A DNA stretch of 63,371 bases, counting the filler. It is 4 parts of 4 records of this genome, joined end to end, with 100 filler letters (N's around TTAATTAATTAA, not from the genome) between each part and the next. Parts side by side here need not be neighbours in the genome. Positions count along the whole stretch, not along the records: positions 1 to 15,341 come from SRR22947725_570; positions 15,442 to 35,256 come from SRR22947725_581; 2 more parts are not named here. One strand, given 5' to 3'. Under the pieces are notes generated by a model that did no database searches, was not told the DNA's origin, and saw only the letters and a program-made list of their open reading frames with translations. Positions within the stretch are counted from its first letter, which is position 1, and each line of letters starts with the position of its first letter. The position numbers were made by a program, and so were the translations under genes. Of the stretch, positions 9,040-18,553 are shown piece after piece.

Positions 9040-10320
9040 ATGTTTAAAAATTTTTTTATAAAAAACAGTTTAAATGTTTTGCTATTAAGAGCATCAGGAA
9101 TCTTATTGATGTTTTTGCTTTCGTTATTTTTAACAAATTCATTTTCAGCTGAAATAGTTGGCCAATACGATTTTGTAAGATCTTTTCTTATGATTTTAAG
9201 TGGAGCATCTTTACTTGGAACAAATCAAGCCATAATATATTATTCAGGCATTTTAACATCTAACAAATCATTTGGCTCAATTAGATCGATCTATTTTAAA
9301 ATGAATTTTTTAATTCTAATAGCCTGCACCATTTTATATACACCATTGCTTGCAATTGATAAAGAAACAATTAATCAAATCTTCAATAAACAAGGAGCGT
9401 ATGAATTGGTAAGCCTTTCTTTAAAAGGGTTAGTTTTCTACTCAATTACAATGCTTAATATAGACACAATTAGAGCATTAAAACACACTCTAATCTCTGA
9501 GGGGTTTAGAAATGTTTTTAGATACATGCCTTTCTTTATATTTTCGATTATTCTTTACATAATTGATAGCCCAGAAGATTTAGTAGTGTGGTTTATTTAT
9601 AGCTTTATTGTAATATTTATTATTAGCTCAGCCGTAGTTTACTTTTTTTTATTTAAAAAAGATTTCGTCACATCTAAACACCAAAATTTTTCATCAAGCA
9701 GTATTTTAAAAACCTCATATCCAATGGCTCTTAGCGCAATATCATTTTTTTTGATGCAAAGTACAGATGTACTTTTCATCAGTGCTTATGATACTTTTGA
9801 TTCAGTCGCATATTATTCAATTGCTGTTAAACTGGCATCAGTAACTGCACTAGCGTTAATTTCTGTTAATATTGTCATAGCGCCAAAAATTGCAACTATA
9901 TATAATGATAAAAACTTTTATGAGCTTAAATCAATTTTAAAAAAAGCAACAAGAATAAATGTTGTAATTAGCCTGCCTATTATAATAGTATTACTGTGTT
10001 TTTCAGAATATATTTTGTCTACTTTCGGTATTAATTATGTTCTGGCAAAGAGCGCTTTGTGGGTGTTGCTTATTGCACAATTTTTTAATTCTGTTACAGG
10101 ACCATCGGCTCTTTACTTAAATATGACTGGAAGACAGAAAAAACTAAATGTTATTTTATTAATTTCTTTATTGATCAATATAGTTTTGAATATTATTTTA
10201 GTTCCGGCTTACGGAATGCTAGGAGCGGCAATATCGACAACCGCCAGCTTTATAATATCAAAAATTCTTGCTTCAGCCCTTGTTCTTTATTTAGACAATG
10301 TTAAAACCTTTATTTCTTAA
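9040..10320 (+). CDS. wzx: Polysaccharide flippase (Wzx, MOP superfamily)
   Basis: About 12 TM segments; TDVLFI..YYSIAVKLA, LNMTGRQK, LVPAYGMLGAAIST. Confidence 0.85.
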   Translation: MFKNFFIKNSLNVLLLRASGILLMFLLSLFLTNSFSAEIVGQYDFVRSFLMILSGASLLGTNQAIIYYSGILTSNKSFGSIRSIYFKMNFLILIACTILYTPLLAIDKETINQIFNKQGAYELVSLSLKGLVFYSITMLNIDTIRALKHTLISEGFRNVFRYMPFFIFSIILYIIDSPEDLVVWFIYSFIVIFIISSAVVYFFLFKKDFVTSKHQNFSSSSILKTSYPMALSAISFFLMQSTDVLFISAYDTFDSVAYYSIAVKLASVTALALISVNIVIAPKIATIYNDKNFYELKSILKKATRINVVISLPIIIVLLCFSEYILSTFGINYVLAKSALWVLLIAQFFNSVTGPSALYLNMTGRQKKLNVILLISLLINIVLNIILVPAYGMLGAAISTTASFIISKILASALVLYLDNVKTFIS

Positions 10321-10323
10321 AGC

Positions 10324-11235
10324 ATGAATAAACCAAACTTTATAATTTCAGGGTTTCCAAAATGTGGTTCCACAGCCCTACATTATTATGTTGATGCACA
10401 CCCAGAAATATTTATGCCTAAACAAAAGGAGCTTCATTATTTCACACAATCAAATATTTCAAAACTTAATAAAGGCCCTGGTGATTTAGAAGCAAAAAAA
10501 AGCCAAATCAAATGCTCAGATTCATATTTCAAAATGTTCAATAGTGTTCGCAGCGAAAAAATTATTGGAGAGACATCACCTTCGTATATCAATTATCCGG
10601 AATCTTTTAAAAAAATCAACAAAGAGCTAGAGAACCCTAAAATAATTATATTACTTCGAGACCCAATTAAAAGAGCCTATTCAAATTATTTGCACCTTTT
10701 AAGAGAGCAGAGAGAAACAGAAACCTTTAGCAAATCTCTTGATTTAGAGAGTTTTAGAAAAAGTCAGCAATATTCAGATTTTTGGTTTTATACGTTTAAT
10801 TCCTTCTATTATGAAAAAATTATTGAAGCTAAAAAAGCCTTTTCAAAGGTTTTAATCTTAACACAAGAAGAACTTAATATAGACACAAAAAAAACTTTAA
10901 CCAAGGTGTATAAATTTCTTGAGGTAGACCCAGAATTTACCCCTAGTAATTTGGCCAAAAGATATAATAAAGGGGGGCTCTATAAGAAGAATTTCGTCAC
11001 AAATTTTATTTTTAAACAAGGGAAAGTAAAAACTTTTTTAAAAAAAGTTATTCCTATTTCATCGTGGGTGAAATCAATTAAAAACAGGATTATAAGTAAC
11101 TACCACTATAAGGCCGACCCAATAGATGTTGATGTCGAAAATAAACTTGTGAAGATTTTCAAGAAAGAAGTTGATAACCTCACCAAAATAGGTGTTGACA
11201 CTAGCACTTGGAATAAAAATTTTTTCAATAAATGA
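10324..11235 (+). CDS. PAPS-dependent sulfotransferase
   Basis: 5'-PSB loop PNFIISGFPKCGSTAL, KELHYF, GETSPSY, 3'-PB motif LRDPIKRAYSNY. Confidence 0.9.
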   Translation: MNKPNFIISGFPKCGSTALHYYVDAHPEIFMPKQKELHYFTQSNISKLNKGPGDLEAKKSQIKCSDSYFKMFNSVRSEKIIGETSPSYINYPESFKKINKELENPKIIILLRDPIKRAYSNYLHLLREQRETETFSKSLDLESFRKSQQYSDFWFYTFNSFYYEKIIEAKKAFSKVLILTQEELNIDTKKTLTKVYKFLEVDPEFTPSNLAKRYNKGGLYKKNFVTNFIFKQGKVKTFLKKVIPISSWVKSIKNRIISNYHYKADPIDVDVENKLVKIFKKEVDNLTKIGVDTSTWNKNFFNK

Positions 11236-12605
11236 AGTTAAACCTAAACATACTAAACGTTTCATTTTATTTGATTTTAACAGGAATATTTTTTCTTCCT
11301 TTTAACTCATGGAATGGCATTTCCATTTTAGGAGAATACTACAGGGATTCGTGTGTATTGTTTTTTTTATTAGCATTCTTCATTTTATTATTTAAGAAAA
11401 AAATCAAACTTCCACTTCATAGTCCAATATTTTATTCATTAATCGTTTTTTTGGTTTGGGCGGCAGCAACAACGGCACTTAACTTTGAAACAGTCACAGA
11501 TAATTATTTTAAACAAACCTCAGGTGTTATTAGATTTTTAAGACAGTATTTTTCTTTAATTTTAGCAGCATTTATACTGCCCATTACATTTTACAATAGC
11601 TTTTTAAACATAGATCCTAAAAGGATAATTTATTTAATCAGAAAAGCGATTTATTACTCATTTGTGATCGTTATAGTTTATGCTATAATCGAAGTTTTAG
11701 TTGTTAAATTTAATTTGATAAATTTAAAAAAACCTGTACTGAACATTTTCGATTATTTTCCTTTTGTTGAAGCAAAAACAGACTTAAGACTAAAGAGAAT
11801 ATCTTCAGTAACCTTTGAGCCTCCGGCACTTGGAACGTATCTAATTACAATTTTCGCATGGATGTGCAGTTACATAATTACCTCAAAAAGCTATTTTAGA
11901 TTTCTACCAGCCCTATTGGTAATAGTTTTAGCTTTTATTTCGGGCTCCAGAGCAGCATTTTTTATTATAGTAGTTCAGGCGTTTATATTTGTATTCGCGA
12001 TTTCTCAATCTTTTCAATACAATAAAATATTCTCTAAAATTGTTTTGATCTCAGCGGCAGCTATTACAATTGGTTTTTTAGCTTTTTCGCCAAAAATACT
12101 AAACTATGTAGATAATGAAATTCAATCATTTAAGCTAAATGATAACGACCATTCACTCTCTAATAAATCAAGATTTGGAATTCAATACGCAATGTATAAA
12201 GTCTTTTTAGACAATCCAGTTATTGGAACTGGTTATGGACAACAAGCATTTGAAGCAAGATCAAAGTATCCGCCTTGGGCTAAAAGAAACAATTGGGAAT
12301 TTAGACTAAAATACCTTAACCAAAACAATAAAAGATTTCCCCCAGGTTACAATCTTTATCTAAGATTAGCCGCTGAAACTGGAGCTTTAGGGCTGTTGAG
12401 CTTTTTGTTGTTTATGTGCTTTATATCGATTTGGTGTTATAATAATTTATTTAAGCAAAAAAATTTATTAGCCATAATTGTATTTGTTTCCATGTCTGGA
12501 TTTATGCTAAATTGGCTAAAGATGGATGCTTTTAGAATTTATGGGTTTTGGATTTGCTTAGCCTTAATTTTTGTTAGTTCAACTAAAAAAATAAGTGATG
12601 TCTAA
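11232..12605 (+). CDS. O-antigen ligase / Wzy polymerase family membrane protein (1)
   Basis: Multi-TM; RISSVTFEP, SGSRAA, NPVIGTGYG, GYNLYLRLAAETG. Confidence 0.8.
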   Translation: MKLNLNILNVSFYLILTGIFFLPFNSWNGISILGEYYRDSCVLFFLLAFFILLFKKKIKLPLHSPIFYSLIVFLVWAAATTALNFETVTDNYFKQTSGVIRFLRQYFSLILAAFILPITFYNSFLNIDPKRIIYLIRKAIYYSFVIVIVYAIIEVLVVKFNLINLKKPVLNIFDYFPFVEAKTDLRLKRISSVTFEPPALGTYLITIFAWMCSYIITSKSYFRFLPALLVIVLAFISGSRAAFFIIVVQAFIFVFAISQSFQYNKIFSKIVLISAAAITIGFLAFSPKILNYVDNEIQSFKLNDNDHSLSNKSRFGIQYAMYKVFLDNPVIGTGYGQQAFEARSKYPPWAKRNNWEFRLKYLNQNNKRFPPGYNLYLRLAAETGALGLLSFLLFMCFISIWCYNNLFKQKNLLAIIVFVSMSGFMLNWLKMDAFRIYGFWICLALIFVSSTKKISDV

Positions 12606-13383
12606 TATAATTGTCCTTATTCCTTATTATAATAACCTAATTGGTCTTCAAAAAACCATAGCGTCAATTAAAGAAGATATAGTTATAGATATATTGGTAA
12701 TAGATGATGGAAGTACTAAAAAATTAGAAAAAAGTGATATAGAATTTAAAGGACATATTTTTTTGAAGTTTCTTAAAACTAATTCAGGAATAGGGGAGGC
12801 ATTAAATGTTGGACTTGATTTTGCCGTAGAAAAAAAATATGAATATATCGGTCGATTAGATTGTGGGGATTTGTGCCATGTAAATAAATTTACAAAACAA
12901 TTGGAGTATTTACATAAAAACAGTGACATTAAGCTACTTGGAGCCTGGGCTAGAATTGTAGATGATAAAGGTGTGTTTAAATATAATTTAAAACACCCAA
13001 CAGAATATAAAAGAATTCAAAGAGATATGTATAAGAACAGTATGTTTATTCATCCAACGGTTATTATAAAGACTGAAATTATTCCCTTAATAGGAAAATA
13101 CCCTTACAAATATAGACGTGCAGCTCAAGATTACGCTTTTTTCTTTAGTGTTATAAGACAATTTAAGAGTGAAAATTATCCAGAAATATTACTAGATTAT
13201 GTAATGTCTAAGGATTCAATTTCTCATAAGAACAGAAAACTACAAGTGTATCACCGAATTAATATTTTGATAGATAATTTTTATTTTGGATTTACCCCTA
13301 TTTATTCTCTACTAAGAAATTTAATTTTATTAATAACGCCCGTTAAAATTCTTACATTTATTAAAACAAAAACTTACAAGTGA
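12598..13383 (+). CDS. Glycosyltransferase family 2
   Basis: VLIPYYN, VIDDGS, NSGIGEALN, RLDCGD, FIHPTV, QDY. Confidence 0.9.
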   Translation: MSNIIVLIPYYNNLIGLQKTIASIKEDIVIDILVIDDGSTKKLEKSDIEFKGHIFLKFLKTNSGIGEALNVGLDFAVEKKYEYIGRLDCGDLCHVNKFTKQLEYLHKNSDIKLLGAWARIVDDKGVFKYNLKHPTEYKRIQRDMYKNSMFIHPTVIIKTEIIPLIGKYPYKYRRAAQDYAFFFSVIRQFKSENYPEILLDYVMSKDSISHKNRKLQVYHRINILIDNFYFGFTPIYSLLRNLILLITPVKILTFIKTKTYK

Positions 13384-14576
13384 GATTCTCTTTAGATAAA
13401 ATATACTCGAGCTTATTTTTTATTATTTGTTTCTCTCTAGCATTTATTGGAGACAAGTTTTATGCTATTCCTAATGGTGCAAATATCGCCTTGGTTTTAC
13501 TATTTCCATTTATCATAAATTGGAGCCAGCTATTAAATCTGTTAAATAAAAAACTAGTAATTTGGTTCTCTGCATTTGTTTTTTTTATTTTTTTAAAGTC
13601 TGTTTTTCTCAATAATTTTATTGAGGACATATCTCAGATAAAAAAATTATTTCAAGTTCTACTTTTAGTAATATTATCTTTTGGTCTAAAAGAAAAAAAC
13701 CTGAGCTACTTAAAGTCAGGAATTATTTTAGGAACATTTACAGCGTGCACATATTCTCTGATTAAAATTTGCATAATAGTTTTTCAAACAGGAGTATTCA
13801 ATTTTACTAAAGGACCTTTAATAAACGAGACGCTTCCTGTGCAAAGATTATACCTGGGCCTTCTGTGCACTTTTAGCTTAATTTTTGTTTTTGAAAGATT
13901 GCTAATAAATCAAAAAAAACATAATCTATTTTTGGCAGTGTTTTTTGTTTTCTTTGTTTTTTTAATTGCTGGAAGAATTGCTATTGTTTCAGTTTTATTT
14001 ATAATTATTTATTATGTTTTCACATTTTTAAAATCCTACATGAGGTATGTAGCAGTACTCTTAATACTTCTTTTAACATCTGTTGTGGTATTAACAAATA
14101 ACAACCTGTCCCAAAGAATTTTTCATTCAGACGACAATTTTAGAACTAGTTATTTTGAAAAAATAGAAATGCATGAGCCACGTTTTTTAATTTGGAAATA
14201 TTCTTTTGAAATACTAAAACAAACAAATTTAATCACTGGTAACGGATATTCAAAGACGACAGAAAAGTTGGTAAATAAGTATAATAACATTCCGCAACAA
14301 AAAAAGAAAAACTGGTTTGTTAATAAAGAATTTAATACACATAATCAATATTTAGATATTTTAATAAGCCAAGGAATTTTAGCGGGGTTTCTTTTTCTTA
14401 TATTTCTTACTCAGGCTTTTAAACTAGCTAAAGAATCACACACAAAACTGTTATTACTAATTAGCATGTTAATCTATATGACCGTCTACAATAATTTTCA
14501 TCGGTTAATTGGGGTTTATCTTTTTGCTTTAGTTTTAATTGTGATCTTATCAAAAGATAATGCAAAACAACAATAA
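13380..14576 (+). CDS. O-antigen ligase / Wzy family membrane protein (2)
   Basis: Multi-TM; AGRIA, PRFLIW, TGNG, NTHNQYLD (conserved HN motif). Confidence 0.8.
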   Translation: MRFSLDKIYSSLFFIICFSLAFIGDKFYAIPNGANIALVLLFPFIINWSQLLNLLNKKLVIWFSAFVFFIFLKSVFLNNFIEDISQIKKLFQVLLLVILSFGLKEKNLSYLKSGIILGTFTACTYSLIKICIIVFQTGVFNFTKGPLINETLPVQRLYLGLLCTFSLIFVFERLLINQKKHNLFLAVFFVFFVFLIAGRIAIVSVLFIIIYYVFTFLKSYMRYVAVLLILLLTSVVVLTNNNLSQRIFHSDDNFRTSYFEKIEMHEPRFLIWKYSFEILKQTNLITGNGYSKTTEKLVNKYNNIPQQKKKNWFVNKEFNTHNQYLDILISQGILAGFLFLIFLTQAFKLAKESHTKLLLLISMLIYMTVYNNFHRLIGVYLFALVLIVILSKDNAKQQ

Positions 14577-15341
14577 AATGAAAAAAGCAATAGCTGTTGA
14601 TTGGTTAGATAAATACGGAGGTGCCGAAAGGGTCGTGTCTTCAATGACTAAAATATTTCAATTTGAAACCTGCTACACGTTGGTAAACATAATGAGCACT
14701 AAAGATCAAAATTTGGTTTTTTCTAACAATAAAATTAAAATTAAAAACTCTTTACTTCAACTATTTAAAAGTAAGTTCAGGTACCTTTTCTTCTTATTCC
14801 CTTATTTTATTAAAAAAATTAAAGTTGACAAAAGTGTTGAATTAATAATCTCATCATCATTTTCTGTTGCAAAAGGAATAAAAAAAACAAACACTAATCA
14901 AATACATATTTCCTACATACAAGCAAGAAATCAAAGATATTTGTGGGATAAAGATGGAATATATTTTGGAAGAAAAGCAAGATTTTTATTATCTCCAATT
15001 TTAGAGTTATTAAAAAAAATAGATATTAAGCAGGCTTCAAGCCCTGACTATTTAATCGCGAATTCACGATTTGTTCAAAACTGGATAAAGGAAACTTATA
15101 AATTGAATTCTGAAATTATTTACCCCCCTGTTGATGTAGAGAGATTTAAACTTCAAAAAAAGAAAGAAAACTATTTTGTTAGTGCATGTAGGCTTGAACC
15201 CTACAAAAGAGTAGATTTAATTGTTGAGGCTTTTAATAAAAGTAAGGAAAATTTAGTTATAATAGGTTCAGGATCACAAGAGAATTATTTGAAAAAAATT
15301 GCGTCTAATAACATTAAATTTATAGAATACTCAAACTCATC
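14560..15341 (+). CDS. Glycosyltransferase family 4 (WbaZ-like), truncated at contig end
   Basis: DWLDKYGGAERVV, IANSRFV, IIYPPVD, CRLEPYKRVDL; runs into the N linker. Confidence 0.88.
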
Positions 15342-15441
15342 NNNNNNNNNNNNNNNNNNNNNNNNNNNNNNNNNNNNNNNNNNNNTTAATTAATTAANNN
15401 NNNNNNNNNNNNNNNNNNNNNNNNNNNNNNNNNNNNNNNNN
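15342..15441. other. Synthetic contig-joining linker
   Basis: 44 N + TTAATTAATTAA (stop codons in all six frames) + 44 N; genes are truncated on both sides. Confidence 0.98.
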
Positions 15442-17318
15442 TTTATTAATTTTCCATTAATTGAAAATATTTCAAAACTAACATAATTAGTAAAATTTAA
15501 ATTAATTAATCCGTTTGTTGGATTTGGATAAACATTAATTAAATCATTCAAACTATCTTCTAAAGACATATTAATATCATTGATAGTAACATTGAAGTTG
15601 TCAAAATAATAGTGACCAAGTTTATTACCACACATAAGTTGAAATTTAAATACATCATAATATTCCTCTATATCAAATTCAACTTCTTTTAGTTCATATT
15701 GATCATTTAAAAAAATTTCATTTGAAACTGAATAATTATTACCTGTACTACCCTTTTTAATCCTTAATTTAAAAGATGAAGCTGAGAATTCTGCAGAGGT
15801 TTTAGCGTAAAATTGAATATTAATTGTTTTACCATTTAAGTCTTCACCATAATTTGTGTTATTTAATATAACTTTATTAAAACCAGAATTATTTGTTGCT
15901 AAATTTTGAACATCTATAAAAGATGACGACTCTTCAAAAGACTGCTCAAAAGCATCTGTATATTCAGCGTTAGCTCCACCATAGGTATTTAAACTCCAAC
16001 TATTATTTATATCTATACAATCAAAATTTGGGTTTTGAATAAGCTCACTATCAGGACATCCAATTAAAGCATCTTTAACATCATCAATCCAATTCTCATT
16101 AATTATCTCATTTGTATACGGGTTAATACTACTATTATTTGGGTTATCATTTCTAAGACTAATAGTTTTGGTAGATTTATTACCTGCACACCAGGCTGAG
16201 AATGCGAAATTATTAGCAATAGCTTCTTCAGCTATAAATCTATGATATTCAACACGGTCTGAGTTAAATGGACCTCCAAACTGACCAACAGACCCTTGAG
16301 AGTAATTAACACCATTTTCATTATCAGCACCAAACTCACCAAGATACATTGGGATATCATTATTTTCAGACCAAGTTTTTAGCTGACTAAATCTCTCAGT
16401 GATTAAATCTTTTTGATCGTCAGAAAAAACAAAATTATTATATTGTTCTCTTGATGATGCAGTAAAATTAAACGGTTGGTAATAATGGAAAGTTGCAATC
16501 AAGTAATCATCTGAACTAAGAACCTCAGAACTAATTTCAAATGGTACTTCCCAGCTAGAAGCTCCTCCTCCATTTATGATTATTCCTCTAGTTAAATTAT
16601 TAGATCCTGAGGTTCTAATAATTTCAATTAAGCTTAAGTTTAAGTCATTCATTTCGTCTGCAGAAACTGAGAAGTAAGGTTCATTAATTAAATCAAAAAC
16701 TAAACTACTTGTAGAATAATCCTTGAATCTATTTGCTATATCTCTCCAAATGGCTTTAAATCTATTAATATCTGCTAACCTTTTAGCTGAAGTTGGATTT
16801 GTATAGTAATTAACTCCATTTATTTCCTCATTTTGAAATGTATATACAAATTCTTGTTTAAGATTATTTCCATGAAAATCTAAAATAACAATTATGTTAT
16901 GAGTTAATGCCCAGTCAACAATTTGTTGCACTCTATCTAAATATTCCTCGTTAACCTGATAATCTTCTAAAGTGCCATTGTAATCAGAGGCCGTATTTGC
17001 TTCAGAAGAAAAACAATTATTATTAGCACAATCATCAATATTAATACTGGACCTTTGAGATCCATTCAAGCTATAATCAAGGTTAAGAAAACCTCCACTA
17101 TAGAAATCTACAGGAATTCTAACATTAGTAAAGCCAGCATCAGATAATTTAACAAAATAGTCTTCGTAAACAGCATGAGCCCAGTTCCCTTCGGTGGGGG
17201 CAGACAATACATTACCCATATTTATACCTCTACCCATCAAATTCACAATCTCTTCAGATGAAGTTTGGGAAATTATTGAGTTTAAAAAAAACAGGGATAT
17301 ATAAAAAATATATCTCAA
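15442..17318 (-). CDS. GH5 glycoside hydrolase + CBM4/9-like module + T9SS C-terminal domain (3' truncated)
   Basis: Signal peptide, MGRGINMGN, VRIPV, LINEP (acid/base), FHYYQP, YLGEFG (nucleophile); LIQNPNFD...YYFDNF CBM-like region; VYPNPTNG T9SS signature. Confidence 0.88.
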
Positions 17319-17322
17319 AAAA

Positions 17323-17667
17323 TTATTGGTTTTTTTTCTGAAGTTCTAATACAGCTTTCATTATTGCAGCTGTGGTAGGCTGATCAAATCTAACTTTCAT
17401 AGATTGTCTAAGTTTCTTGCTAGAAGCTTTGTAAACTGCTTTTTTTTCTTCGTTAGATAAATCTTTTCCAAAAATGTTTTCTCTATCATTCATGAATTTA
17501 GCTATGTATGTATCATAAATAAACTTTTGATCTTCATCTGACAATTCTAACTGTGTTGCAGCATGTTCAGAAAACATAGTAGCTTTTTTTATTTGATAGT
17601 TATTTTGAGCATTTGAATTCAACGAAAATAAAAGTAATAGCAAAAAGATTTTAATTGAGTTTTTCAT
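17323..17667 (-). CDS. Secreted helical hypothetical protein
   Basis: 114-aa ORF with a signal peptide (..SNA-Q), tightly packed within the operon. Confidence 0.8.
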   Translation of the reverse strand: MKNSIKIFLLLLLFSLNSNAQNNYQIKKATMFSEHAATQLELSDEDQKFIYDTYIAKFMNDRENIFGKDLSNEEKKAVYKASSKKLRQSMKVRFDQPTTAAIMKAVLELQKKNQ

Positions 17668-17679
17668 AGTTTTAATTTA

Positions 17680-18552
17680 TTAATTATTGTTATTATTTAA
17701 TTTATTGAAATTATTTGAAAATAAAATTCCTATTTTTTTCATTCCAAAATAATTATAATGAATATTATCTTCAAGTCTAGGTAAGTAGTTAAACGAAGAT
17801 ATATCTTTATTTTGTGCAATAAAAGTAACATTTTTTAATTCTTCAGAAACTTGTTTCATTGCATTACCTATTTTTTTGCTTCCAACCTGTAATATCATAA
17901 ATGACAGCTTTGAAGATTTGAATATAGATCTTGAATTATTAATTAGATTTTTTAAATTATCAGCATAAGTATCTGAAGGTAAAGGACCCCATTTTTGACC
18001 ACTATCAGATTCACCTTGAACCCATAACATACCCATAATTTGATAATCTGATTTATCATATTTAGATAATTCCTTTTGTACATCATTTATTAACTCATAA
18101 AAAAGTTTCGGTTTATTTAACTCATTAACATATTGAGCTTTTTCCTTAGTCCAATTTGGATTCCAACATCCGTACAACGATGCTCCACCAAGCGCTCTTT
18201 TAATAAACAAAAACTTTTTATTTGGATGTTTTTTTGATAATTCAATTCCAAAGAAAATCTCTGGACCAAAACAACTATCTAATTGAAACTTTTTTTTCTT
18301 CCAATCAGCTGGTATTGTAACATTTAAAGGAACAGCTTTGTTACCATTGTAAACAAAAGAAACATTTTCTTTAGCCTTTTCAAGATCTATTAAATCTACA
18401 TTACTTAAATTAGAAGCATCTGCAGCTCCTGCCATATTAGATTGACCAGCCAGAATAAATACATTAATTTTATCATCACTTAATTGTAACTGTGAATAAC
18501 TAGATAAATAGCTAATAAAAAAAAATAATAAAAAATTAGATAACAATTTCAT
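17680..18552 (-). CDS. SASA / CE6-like carbohydrate O-acetylesterase (SGNH)
   Basis: VFILAGQSNMAG, FGPE, WVQGESD, DNIH. Confidence 0.88.
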   Translation of the reverse strand: MKLLSNFLLFFFISYLSSYSQLQLSDDKINVFILAGQSNMAGAADASNLSNVDLIDLEKAKENVSFVYNGNKAVPLNVTIPADWKKKKFQLDSCFGPEIFFGIELSKKHPNKKFLFIKRALGGASLYGCWNPNWTKEKAQYVNELNKPKLFYELINDVQKELSKYDKSDYQIMGMLWVQGESDSGQKWGPLPSDTYADNLKNLINNSRSIFKSSKLSFMILQVGSKKIGNAMKQVSEELKNVTFIAQNKDISSFNYLPRLEDNIHYNYFGMKKIGILFSNNFNKLNNNNN

Positions 18553-18553
18553 T

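Noticed and set aside
15342-15441. Repeated TTAATTAATTAA units as a biological repeat, and ORF-track stops at 15390-15393
   Set aside because: Synthetic linker; the GT4 and GH5 ends reported there are artefacts, not pseudogenes.
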